Below are positions 44,440 to 54,392 of a stretch of DNA of 64,000 nucleotides, piece after piece. The translations under genes and the position numbers were made by a program. Under the pieces are notes generated by a model that did no database searches, was not told the origin of the DNA, and worked only from the letters and a program-made list of their open reading frames with translations. The DNA comes from Sulfolobales archaeon HS-7 (GTDB lineage: Archaea > Thermoproteota > Thermoprotei_A > Sulfolobales > Sulfolobaceae). The DNA lies in assembly GCA_019704295.1 (NCBI GenBank), contig AP024596.1, forward strand, positions 2,016,001 to 2,080,000, in the 5' to 3' direction. Positions within the stretch are counted from its first letter, which is position 1, and each line of letters begins with the position of its first letter.

Positions 44440-45022
44440 CCATGGAACAACCTGAATTGTCAAATTTCAGCGAATACGGTATTATCTTCCAGCTCGTCCC
44501 GCCTTCTACAGAACGCGTTATTAAACAAATTGGTCGAGGAGATCGAGGGGAAAGCCCCTGAGGAAGCGGAGGATATAATTCCAAAGTACGCTAGGGAAAA
44601 GAAGGTAAAGAGGAAATGGTACTCTAGTTTCCGCTTCCTCAAGGGTTTCGTGCTCTTGATGAAGGGTAGGAGAAAGATCTTCAACATTTTACGTCAGCGC
44701 GAAATTACCTGTCTTTTGCAGGAGGGAAGAGGGTCAAGGCGCGTGAGGAGGAGGAACTGGAGCATGAGAGTGAGGCAGTCCTCACGTTCCTCCTCATACT
44801 CATGCATCGGTGGGAAATTAAACGCTAAGCTTCTAATGCTAACCCTAGACGTTAAGGGTGACTTCAAGTACGTGCATCGTTGACGGGAAATACGTTAAGT
44901 TAACTCATGGGGAGAAGGGAGTGTTCCTCGTCGCGGTAGGGGTAACATCCGAGAGGAGGATAATACTTGACGTAGTGCTAGCTAGGGAAGAGGACAAGAA
45001 GAGGTACTGGGACTTCCTCGTG
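44440..45022 (+). pseudogene. IS256-family transposase remnant
   Basis: IVDGKYVKL..KGVFLVAVGVT..RIILDV..EED..YWDFL; frameshifted and cut by the next IS. Confidence 0.65.
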
Positions 45023-46290
45023 ACAGTGTCCAATATATAATTAAAGTGAATAACTAGATAAAGTAAAAAGTTATAAAACACGTAAGTCTAGAATTAAATT
45101 CGCTTAATTACTAGTAAAAAAACAATATAAAATCAGTTTGTCAAGTGCACTCACGACTAATCTCGATTTTTCGAGAATCAAGGCTAGGGACGAGCTTCTC
45201 TAGCCGGGTTTTAAGTGGAGATTTTAACGTTTGTTAATGGATCTGAACAGGTGAATATTGTAGGCTAGGCCCAAGAGGTTGGCAAAGACGTTCAATCCCT
45301 TATGCTACTCGCGTAAGGCCTCATGTTCTGAGGAAAGTGTCAAAGAACTCTACACCACCTCTCAGTACACCAAAGCCCCTCTTGACTCTGATCACCTTGC
45401 CCCTCTCCGTAAACCCTCTGTCTACAAGCGTGATCACGTTGCAGACGGGAGACTTAAAGTTGAAACTTTGGCCGGAACTATCTTAACCTTGCAAACCATG
45501 AGGGTCTTAAGGAGAACCCGGCGAAGCACTTCCCTCCGAACCAGGTTCTGCCTCACTTCTTTCCCCAGCTTCCCTTATGTCCCCAAGGGTGTAATTTCTC
45601 GGAAATGAGAGAAAAGAGTTGATCCCTTTTCCTCTCATCGAGCGTCGCAAGTACTTCATGAGGTTTCCTCCTTGGATCAATTTCCCTGAGATCCAGTACA
45701 AGTTTCTGTGCGTTTCCACGCTCTTTTCCCCGTGAGGAGGCTCCACGGGAAAGCTATCAACCTTTGCCTTCCGAACTTCTCCTTCGCTGGGAAGTGGTGG
45801 AAGTTGCTCCTCGTTAACTCGCGACTCTAATCGCCTGAAGACCTTGAGGAGCAGATCCCTTATTCTATCTTCGTATTCGTACGCAAACCAGTTCAAGAGG
45901 ACCTCGAGGGAACCTCTTTAACGCCGAGGAAAACCTTGACCACTTCATTGGTAACCGCTAGCACAATTACTCCCCTATACGACTCTTTGAAAAGCACTCT
46001 CACGATCATCATCTTCAAGTAGACCACGTTAGTACTTGGAGAACTCGTGATCCTTGAACTCCCTTTCAATTACGTCCTCTAACTCACTCAGGATTTCCTC
46101 GCACTCCAAAAGATATTTACTCTTCCAACCCAACTCTTGGGGGATTACGTCGGAATAAATCTGAACCACGGTATAACCTAGGCGTAATCCCCTTAACTAT
46201 TATCCTCCTAGATGAGTTCTTGAGGTTTTATTTTTCCCCAAAAATTTACTTAATAAACTAGATTACATTTATTAGACATTGGACACTATC
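45023..46290 (-). mobile_element. Decayed ~1.27-kb IS (IS5-like), probable parent of MITE family A
   Basis: TIRs GACAGTGTCCAAT/ATTGGACACTATC, flanks TCGT/ACGT; frameshifted transposase-like frame from GTG 46169. Confidence 0.7.
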
Positions 46291-46353
46291 ACGTAAAGAA
46301 GGCCAAACGTTAGCTTCCCCACCGAACGAAAGACCACCGATATATATCTAAAA

Positions 46354-46959
46354 CTAGAACTTTAAATTAAATCTATTTTTTACGTAATTCAGTTTATTTA
46401 TCGGATCATCAACATTTGGTATTGTTATATCTCTGCCGTCTACCGTAAGTATATGCCAGTCCCCAATTTCCTTGTAGACCGGCGAAATTATATTTGCCGT
46501 TATACTAGGTCTATTTGCGACGTTTTCCTGTCTAACATTCATTACAGTTATAGTTTTTACCTGATCCCATGTAACCACTTGTTCTCCTTCTAAATTATTA
46601 GCGATTTTACCAAACTTTTTCCCTACTCCTACTAGCTTAACTATACCGAATGCACTACCTGCAACCAAGCCAATACCGATTGAAGTAGGTATCCAGTCTA
46701 CGGGATAACTAAAACTAGTAGGTAAAGCTAAAGAGACGAGAAATATTCCAAACACAGCAATAAAAGCTAAAACTATTATTCCTATTGCTATTCCCAATGT
46801 AGCAGCAAAACCTCCTACTCTCTTTAATCTGTTCATTCTGTAAATTCCGTCATATGCCGCAGCATAGAGTGGAACGAAAACCCTAGATGACATCATTTGA
46901 TACCTAGTCTGCATCGGGTTGAGGGTGACTATTTCATTGTAATTGAACTTCCTCATCAT
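46354..46959 (-). CDS. Hypothetical membrane protein
   Basis: Two TM helices plus a soluble C-terminal domain. Confidence 0.65.
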   Translation of the reverse strand: MMRKFNYNEIVTLNPMQTRYQMMSSRVFVPLYAAAYDGIYRMNRLKRVGGFAATLGIAIGIIVLAFIAVFGIFLVSLALPTSFSYPVDWIPTSIGIGLVAGSAFGIVKLVGVGKKFGKIANNLEGEQVVTWDQVKTITVMNVRQENVANRPSITANIISPVYKEIGDWHILTVDGRDITIPNVDDPINKLNYVKNRFNLKF

Positions 46960-47399
46960 TATCTCTTTATAGTTGAAAACATATAAATGTTGCAGTCGTA
47001 GAAATTAACTAATGCTTCTGTTCTGTATAACGTCATGCAAAGCGGGTGGATACGTAAAAATTAATGAATGCAAAAATACTAGTTTGTATTCACGAGATCT
47101 ATAATAATAATATATATAATACAAGCTGAGAATAGAGAGTCAGAAGTTCTAATGAAAGCTGCAAGGAAAAAAATAACCATTTAAGATTAGCTAAGGCTAT
47201 ATTCGTTACTGACAATGGAAAATTAGTTGCTGTATCAGTCTTGTTTTACCAAAAAATCTCACGGTTGTAAGATATTATTAGGATAACTTGTGTATAAAAA
47301 TATAGGATTAAGTCAACTTAGAAAGCATTACAATATGATACGTTTAGTCAAAATCTACTATATTTTACAAGTTAATGATAATAAATACAAGAAGTTCTG

Positions 47400-47680
47400 A
47401 ATTTATCTCACGAGGTTAAAGCAAGGTCCATAGTCGACTCCCTAGTCTGAAAATGCCTAGAGGAGATTGATGAACTGGTAAAACGCTAGGGGCTTCTCTC
47501 CTGATGCCTTGAAGTTAAACAAGAGGAAGAGGTAAAAGTTCCAGGAAGGGTCAAGTAGCGCGTAGATCAAGTAGAGGTAGAACTTGTCGCAATACTTCCC
47601 CATGAGTTCTATCCTAGCTTTCCTCGTCTTGAACTCTTCCTCTATTTGCCACCTCAACCTGTAGGTCTCGGCCAACTCGT
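47400..47680 (-). pseudogene. ISH3/IS4-type transposase C-terminal remnant
   Basis: Y.LRWQIEEEFK (YREK) motif. Confidence 0.6.
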
Positions 47681-48048
47681 GATAGTGCCCAATGTGCAAC
47701 AAATGTTATTTACTATATTAACTAATTATAAGATATAAAAATAATTAAATCTACGTTGTATAATCAGGATGATAGTACGGGGGAATTACGGGAAATTAAA
47801 CCCCATTGCCGACTTCCTAGGCTTAAAAATATTCGGCTATACCCTCTGCTAACTTTTAACTCGTAGAACTGAAAACCTCTTTTTAGCTTTTATTGCTAAG
47901 AAATATATGGTTACTTTTGCTTACTATTAATAAACTTATTTTATATTACTGTCATACTTGTAATTAAGCGAATTTAATTCTAAAGAGACGTGTTTATAAC
48001 TTTTTACTTTATTTAGTTATTCCCTTTAATTACACATTGGACACTGTC
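47681..48048 (-). mobile_element. MITE (family A) truncating the integrase
   Basis: GATAGTGCCCAATGTG ... ATTACACATTGGACACTGTC. Confidence 0.78.
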
Positions 48049-48532
48049 AAGTGAGAGTGAGAAGCCGAAATCCCTCATTGCATATTTTATGTGTCTGAGC
48101 CTTTCTTCTCTAGTCGCTTTGCTCTTTTGTTCCAGAATTTTATCAAACAGCTTTAGATCCTCCTCAGTAACCACGTAACTATTCGTATTCTGTCTTACAT
48201 AATCTCTTAAGAATCTGTTCAGCATCATAAAAAGCAAAGAACGAAACTGAGGATCCTCAACTGCAGTATTCACTACTTTTAACAAATCGTTTATGTCAGC
48301 CTTCTCTATCTTCTTACCGTATACTATTCTCGCAATTTCGTCAGGGGCTAGAAACTGCAGCACTTTCTCTAGGAACTCTTTCGGGGTCTCCCTCAACCCT
48401 TTCTTATATCGCCACCCTGTAGCTTTTGAAATCCCCCATTTGCTCATAAGTTATCCCTTTCTCTTCAGTAACATATGTAAATAGCTGAATTTTTTGCTCA
48501 TTTGTGAGCTTATCTATATCTATTATTGCCAT
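48049..48532 (-). pseudogene. pNOB8-type tyrosine integrase, N-terminal part
   Basis: MAIIDIDKLTNEQKIQLF..GISKATGWRYKKG..FLAPDEIARI; +1 frameshift in a G run near 48435; C-terminal catalytic part missing. Confidence 0.8.
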
Positions 48533-48626
48533 AATATTAATTTCTACCTCTGGTTTAAGATGGTTTCCATTTTTCCTAGATGGTTTCCGACCTAACCCAC
48601 CTCTTTTTCAATTTAATTAAAAATTA

Positions 48627-48670
48627 GTGCCGCGGCCGGGATTTGAACCCGGGCCACAGGCTTGAGAGGC
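48627..48670 (-). repeat. att site: 3' half of tRNA-Glu(CTC)
   Basis: GCCTCTCAAGCCTGTGGCCCGGGTTCAAATCCCGGCCGCGGCAC; no 5' half; upstream of the integrase. Confidence 0.88.
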
Positions 48671-48822
48671 TATAAGCTGTTTTAATTAAACCATGAACAG
48701 AAACGTTTTGTGTTGCACGTTGAAGCAGAAGTAGAATCACGCTATGAGAGAAAAGTAGAATAAAATGATAGCAGGAAATCGGTCACCGTTTCAAAGTGTT
48801 AACCCCCCAGGTAACATGAATA

Positions 48823-49155
48823 TTATATAAATACAATTGCTTGGCCTAGTGTGTATATGCTAATGTAAGCTACAAATAGCAATATTTTAAGCTTAGAATT
48901 AACATCTCTATAAATTTCAGTCAGGGCGTAGGCAGAGATGAATATGGGGATTGCTATATCAAATACCCCATATGCAAACTGTAACGTAGAAGAGAAATTA
49001 TAAAAAATATTATTTATTATTGATAGAGAATTATATATTGTATAATTTATAAAAATATGGCCAATTATTGACATCAAATAGCCAATTATAAAATCAATAA
49101 TCATAAGAAAGATCCCTGATAATATATTGTCTTCATCGTTCATTTTTATCCCCAA
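48823..49155 (-). CDS. Small membrane protein
   Basis: Three hydrophobic segments; very AT-rich. Confidence 0.5.
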   Translation of the reverse strand: MGIKMNDEDNILSGIFLMIIDFIIGYLMSIIGHIFINYTIYNSLSIINNIFYNFSSTLQFAYGVFDIAIPIFISAYALTEIYRDVNSKLKILLFVAYISIYTLGQAIVFI

Positions 49156-49611
49156 CTCATTAAGTATCGTCAGGTAAGAAAAATAATTCGGTTATGAGTA
49201 GGTATGATTAAAAACTTTACTACTATGATTTCTCTGTTAACCCCCAAGTTAACGTCAGTTTCTTTATTATTACTTAGCTAAAGTATAATAATAAAATGTA
49301 TAAATAGTTTATACATTCTAGTGTTCAGACAGTACAGTAGCTAGAATACGTTTCACTACATCATCTAATTTTAAATCCGAAGTATTCAATACTATTTCCT
49401 CTAATCCGCAGTTTTTATGGAAATCTATAAAACATTTTTTATTCTCGTACCAATCATAAATTTCTGGAGTTTTTGCACGGTTATTCATTGTGAAAATATT
49501 CCTTAATAAACCTTGAGTAGGGTTAACAAAGTGTAATACTTAGGTTCTTATCGCAAGAGCTTACGGATGGTAGCAAAGAGGTAAGCCTTGATAATACTAT
49601 GGAAACCTTAT

Positions 49612-49635
49612 ACTATTATAGTATACTATAATAGT
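49612..49635. repeat. 24-bp perfect palindrome
   Basis: ACTATTATAGTATACTATAATAGT. Confidence 0.85.
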
Positions 49636-49698
49636 GACCATCTGATTACTTCGTCTGCTATACATAAGACGTTAAACCCATTCACTCCCCAGTTTACG

Positions 49699-49941
49699 CT
49701 AACTTACTAACTCTTCTCCTGCCCTAAGCCTATAAATTCTGAATTTTTTGCCTCCATATTTCATCCACGACCTTGTAATAATCCCTTCCTGTGCCATCTT
49801 CGTAAGTGTTACAAGAATCAAGTTCTTATTATATCTCGTCTTTTCTTCTAAGTAATCTAAAGTAGCCGAACCCTTTGCCGCAAGTATTGCTATTATAGCT
49901 TCCCTCACGCTTAATTTTCCCCTCATTCTCTTCTTTCTCAT
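49699..49941 (-). CDS. plrA: Plasmid regulatory protein PlrA (pRN1 ORF80-like)
   Basis: TL..LE..T..N.N..LVTLT....GII.R.W...GG.K.R.Y...EELV. Confidence 0.85.
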   Translation of the reverse strand: MRKKRMRGKLSVREAIIAILAAKGSATLDYLEEKTRYNKNLILVTLTKMAQEGIITRSWMKYGGKKFRIYRLRAGEELVS

Positions 49942-49960
49942 ACGATAAAATTCGCTAAAT

Positions 49961-50044
49961 AGGATTAAAAATAATTAATATCCGTAGGACGTTTCAAAAG
50001 TTAAGTTTCGGTTACTCCTCTTTCAGGATTAATTATAATTAATC
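49961..50044. promoter_or_regulatory. Putative PlrA binding sites
   Basis: Two AGGA-TTAA-N6-TTAA sites 64 bp apart upstream of plrA. Confidence 0.6.
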
Positions 50045-50180
50045 TTCTTTTCATTATCGCGAGATATAGCCCAAACAAGCAAAATTTTGGGGATCCGGGC
50101 AGGATTAACTATAGAATTGACACAAGCTACCAATATTGAAGGTTTAAATATGTATACAAATGACATACATTCGATAAAAA

Positions 50181-50465
50181 ATGGAGACAAGAAAAAATAC
50201 TAATCAGGATGAACTTTCCTTCGAAGAGAAGGGAGCTATTGATTTGGTTCTTAATGGATATGGCATTAATAGATATCGTATTAAGTCAACGTTAGAAGCC
50301 TATTATAAATTCGCCGAGGACATAAAGAAAATTATCAACAGGGATAGGAATAATCCTAACCTAGATAGAGAGATAAGCGAAATAGCGGAAGAGTACGCGA
50401 TAAAAGATGGATTGAATAAAGACGCTCTGATCAAGATTGCGATGAAGTTTAAAAACAAACATTAG
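50181..50465 (+). CDS. Hypothetical protein
   Basis: ATG ORF with TTTAAATA box upstream. Confidence 0.6.
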   Translation: METRKNTNQDELSFEEKGAIDLVLNGYGINRYRIKSTLEAYYKFAEDIKKIINRDRNNPNLDREISEIAEEYAIKDGLNKDALIKIAMKFKNKH

Positions 50466-50538
50466 TTATATAGTTTTTCTCAGTAAATCGGAAGGTATTT
50501 CAAAAATTACTCTACTGATATTAGGGCACTGCACATAG

Positions 50539-51849
50539 TCAGATAATTCGAGTCTGTAGTCTAATCTTATCGTTATCCTCATAATTAATTTCACTATTCT
50601 TTAGAACATCTAGAATTATTTCGATTAAGTCATTTATGTCTTTTTGTAGACTTTGCGACTTGCCATCAGGATCTAATACTCTCTTTATAGAGGGCTCTAA
50701 TGTGTAATATAACTTGTTTTTGAGTTCATCTCTACCTATTTCACCGTTATTCTGGCCTATTATTTCTCTCACTAGATCCACAAAGCCACCTTTTCTACTT
50801 CCTATTACACCTCTCGCTGAAGGTAATATGGGAAGCCCGTAATTTTGCCTTAAAATTCTCAATAACTCTCGAACTATTTCCACTTTATTAGTCCTTTTTA
50901 CTACAAGCTTTCCGTTTTTAACTTCTAAGATATCTGATAATCTGTTCCCTTCTCTGAGTGTATTAACCAGAATATCGGGAGTTTTACTATATCTCAACCA
51001 TACTATCGTGTCCAGATCGAAAATATGAACCCTTATGTAAGAATTTTCTGCCATCTGTTCAACTTCATTTTTATCTATTACTATCGGGTTACCGTTATCA
51101 TCTGTAAGTCTACTGAATACTCCATTACTCCATTCTCGTGAGCTTATTTTATTTTCTATTATATCTCTAGCTCTTTTTATTTGATTAGGCGCTAAATTCA
51201 GATCCTCCTCGAATTTTTGCTCAAGGCTACTTTTCAATTCGCTTTCTATTTTTTTAACATAGAACTTTTTCACTTCTTCTCCGCATTTCTCATAAAGTAT
51301 GAGAAAGTCTCCTATCTCTGGGATTATAATTGCCTTCTCCAGTCGTGTTATATCTTCTATTCTATCAAAGTTACCCGTTATTTTTGCTATGGACGATTTC
51401 GCTAGTATACGTGTAGATTTCAAGTTGACTCCTATAAACAAGTGACATGAACATTCTATATCGTTAATACTGCATCCCCACTGCGTATATAAAAGTAAAG
51501 TTAACTTGTGTTTTAATTCTCTCTTTAGATCAGATATATTTTTATTATATATAATATCGTCTGTATAAATATTATCGTCTATGCGTTTAACGTTTAGCTC
51601 ACCGGCTGGATACTCCTCGGAATTTTCGTCATCATGTTGTTGATTAATGTCACAAAAGCAGTTGATATTTGTTCTAAATAATTGGAGCAACACCGTGTTT
51701 ACATCTTTAGCAGGAAGTCCTACTCTATATACTGTATACCTATAACTGTTCTTTTTGTTGCCCTTTTGTACTATATATACATTCGCCGAATCTCCACGAA
51801 AATTATTTAATACTTGACATAGATAGTTACTACTAAGCTCTTCATCCAT
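50539..51849 (-). CDS. KwaB (DUF4868)-like protein with C-terminal extension
   Basis: EVKNGKLVV...ELLRILRQNY..PI pattern; adjacent KwaA-like gene. Confidence 0.5.
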   Translation of the reverse strand: MDEELSSNYLCQVLNNFRGDSANVYIVQKGNKKNSYRYTVYRVGLPAKDVNTVLLQLFRTNINCFCDINQQHDDENSEEYPAGELNVKRIDDNIYTDDIIYNKNISDLKRELKHKLTLLLYTQWGCSINDIECSCHLFIGVNLKSTRILAKSSIAKITGNFDRIEDITRLEKAIIIPEIGDFLILYEKCGEEVKKFYVKKIESELKSSLEQKFEEDLNLAPNQIKRARDIIENKISSREWSNGVFSRLTDDNGNPIVIDKNEVEQMAENSYIRVHIFDLDTIVWLRYSKTPDILVNTLREGNRLSDILEVKNGKLVVKRTNKVEIVRELLRILRQNYGLPILPSARGVIGSRKGGFVDLVREIIGQNNGEIGRDELKNKLYYTLEPSIKRVLDPDGKSQSLQKDINDLIEIILDVLKNSEINYEDNDKIRLQTRII

Positions 51850-51902
51850 AATTTTTCACACCCCTTCAATACTTTTTTATTTTAAGAAAATCTAATATTT
51901 AT

Positions 51903-52502
51903 ATGTTAGATAAGTTAGGAAAATTATTGCTTATACTGAATGAGTATGGAATCGCCTTGTTCTATCTGACGTACGTTACATTTAATCATTTGTTGTCCTT
52001 CTATTTGTCATTAATAGTAGCAATTCTGGTATTTCTCGGTCTTTTTATATTCGTCGTAATTTTCGTGTCCAGTATTCTCCCTGCAAGGACTGCTAGCCGA
52101 CTGATATCGGGAAAGATAATAGAAGCTAGAAGGATTCACTATCAGATCATCTCATTTCAAACTAGTAACGTAATCCCTTTTGTATTAGCCTCCTACGATA
52201 ACGTTATAACCTTAATCATTAGCTGGATCATGTTATTTCTCTTTATAGTACTATCATACAACGATGTTTCGATATTAGCATTGAACCCGTATCTTTTGTT
52301 AAGGGAGTATAGCCTTTACCTCATAAAGGTAGAGATACCCCACTCAAATTACAAAGATTATTACGTATTTTCAAGAGATGATCTTGAAACTAGATCGGGT
52401 CTCGAACTGAATACTGCCCATCTTTATGAGATTGATAACAATTTGTATATTGTGATAAATGTAGAAGGTGAAGAAAACAAAAACACTAGTATGAATCCCT
52501 AA
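51903..52502 (+). CDS. KwaA-like 4-TM protein
   Basis: ISFQTSNVIPF...LALNPYLLLREYSLY motif. Confidence 0.6.
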   Translation: MLDKLGKLLLILNEYGIALFYLTYVTFNHLLSFYLSLIVAILVFLGLFIFVVIFVSSILPARTASRLISGKIIEARRIHYQIISFQTSNVIPFVLASYDNVITLIISWIMLFLFIVLSYNDVSILALNPYLLLREYSLYLIKVEIPHSNYKDYYVFSRDDLETRSGLELNTAHLYEIDNNLYIVINVEGEENKNTSMNP

Positions 52503-52692
52503 AAGGGATTATAGTATTACTTGAGACTACAATTTTGCTCAGTAAACTGGGGAGTTAACACAATTTTTTCTCACGCATATTTTCTTCATTAGATCCCACA
52601 TATGCGCTTTTACTGTTTAGTTAACAGTTTTTCAAAATTCAATGAGAATAATCAGCATACCCTTTTTAATGCTGCTTAATAAACATATGCTT

Positions 52693-52845
52693 ATGAGAAT
52701 TGAAGATAAGGACGAGAAAGGCGAGGGTTACTTAGTTATTGAAAGTAAGGAAGATTTTAAGAAGTTTAAGGAGGACCTACTCAGACTGGCAAGGGAAAAA
52801 GCTAAGGCCCGTAAGCCATCTTATGAGACCCAACCTCCCAAATAA
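52693..52845 (+). CDS. Small protein, putative antitoxin
   Basis: Homolog of 42594-42743. Confidence 0.55.
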   Translation: MRIEDKDEKGEGYLVIESKEDFKKFKEDLLRLAREKAKARKPSYETQPPK

Positions 52846-53107
52846 ACACGATACAGTTTTTTGGATCAGCACTATAAAGTATCCTTATATCACCCGTAAC
52901 CTCTATGGAAAACATGGGATTTCCATACTTATCCTTTCCCAGTTTCTCTCTGGAGTATTTGAAAGGGTTTTCCTGTAATAGTTCTAGTTTCTCTGAAATA
53001 AGCATTATCAGCTTATCATTATACGTATCCGTAGCATACTCTAAAAACTCTCTGTAACTCTTTACCTTCCTCATCATGAACTTCAATTCCCAATCCTTAC
53101 AAACCAC
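52802..53107 (-). CDS. RelE/ParE-like toxin
   Basis: L.ENPF..., SIEVTGDIRILY, FIWEVGSH...Y. Confidence 0.75.
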   Translation of the reverse strand: MVCKDWELKFMMRKVKSYREFLEYATDTYNDKLIMLISEKLELLQENPFKYSREKLGKDKYGNPMFSIEVTGDIRILYSADPKNCIVFIWEVGSHKMAYGP

Positions 53108-53229
53108 AATAAATGAAATAGAAAAATGATTTAAAAACTTTTCTCTTTTCGTTTAATATCTCATCAGGAATAATAGTTGTGAAAAGTGAAGTGGCGTTCG
53201 TGATTCTGTCCTTCCTGATATTTTACTCC

Positions 53230-53510
53230 CCGATAAAATCCAGGGCTCCTTTTCACTTCTTCCTCCCGCCCCTCCTTCTCTTCTGTGCAGTGCCCATGCT
53301 CTTTAGCATTCTGTACTCCTCTATTCTGGTGATCGTTTCTCTCACATCAGTGACTCCTTTCAACTTCTCCACTAACCCTTTCTCGCCCACGTAACTCAAC
53401 CACGTCACTATATAGGCTTACCTCAGGTGGTACTCGACGCAAGCGAGGTCCTCCTTAATATAGCCTCGTCATCTCGTCCTTGAGCTCTTCCACGTTGTGG
53501 GCTACGCCGC
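53230..53510 (-). pseudogene. Decayed paralog of 43083-43385
   Basis: GVAHNVEEL...WLSYVGEKGLVEKLKGVT with frameshifts. Confidence 0.6.
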
Positions 53511-53582
53511 TGTCAACAGTTTCAGATAAACCGTGAAGTTTGTGTAATTTATACATAAAACATATTTTATAAATCTTGTCAC

Positions 53583-53788
53583 CAGATGTGGATGAGTTTT
53601 CCCGAAAGGTGACAGGGCACAAGATGGCGGGTTTCCCCGCATCGATGAGCAGGTGTGGGTTGGGGTTATCCCGTTAATGAGACGAAGAAGGATGAATGAG
53701 GCAATGCCCCGTAACTTCGGTGAAGTCCAAGGGCTAAGGATTGAGATGAAATGTCATGAAATCTTATGAAGCCCAAACCCCTACTACC
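53583..53788 (+). mobile_element. tnpB 3'-end / reRNA-region remnant
   Basis: Reads VWVGVIPLMRRRRMNEAMPRNFGEVQGLRIEMKCHEIL*, a Sulfolobales TnpB-type C-terminus. Confidence 0.7.
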
Positions 53789-53823
53789 CTCTCATAAGAC
53801 TTGAAGTAGAAAGGCTCCATTTT

Positions 53824-54354
53824 TCAACCTCGTCTTAATTGGCTTTTTAAAGGGGAAGAGAACGATAGCAGTTGATAATGATAATAATATCCGTGAAATG
53901 AAAGGACCAGCATAACGAACCCCAGGAAGATAGCCGCGCCATTGATAAAAGAGTTATCATACCTATAGTGGGCTAATGCGAACCTCGTCCACTTCCCCTC
54001 TTTCTTTACGTATATCCCTGCCTCAGTGAAAGCGTCAAGAATCATGTGAGAGGGGCCTATCACTATGGATAGGAGCAGAAACCAGGGAATGTCGCCATAA
54101 AGAAAACCCAGAACAAAGAAGGGTATTGACGGGAGCATACCCCACACTGCAGATCTTGGGACCGTGTGGGTCAGCGGAGTCCGGGTAGGTATTGTACCGT
54201 GTCTTGTGTGTATCTCTTTATGTCCCAACCTGTCTATGATGAGGTTTCCAGCCACTGATAGGATCCCTGCTAGGACTAGGTAGTATGAGGTGAAACTACT
54301 GAGAAGCAAGGCGAGGATACCAGCTGTAAACACGTAATGGGTAACGAGTCTCAT
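53824..54354 (-). CDS. DUF1286-family membrane protein
   Basis: M.L.THY.F, D.LGH, RTPLTH, SHM.LD.FTE. Confidence 0.75.
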   Translation of the reverse strand: MRLVTHYVFTAGILALLLSSFTSYYLVLAGILSVAGNLIIDRLGHKEIHTRHGTIPTRTPLTHTVPRSAVWGMLPSIPFFVLGFLYGDIPWFLLLSIVIGPSHMILDAFTEAGIYVKKEGKWTRFALAHYRYDNSFINGAAIFLGFVMLVLSFHGYYYHYQLLSFSSPLKSQLRRG

Positions 54355-54392
54355 TTCTCATCGATAATTTGCTTTTTTAAAAACCGTTAGTA

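Noticed and set aside
48627-48670. Functional or split tRNA-Glu gene
   Set aside because: Only the 3' half is present, next to an integrase, so it is read as an att site
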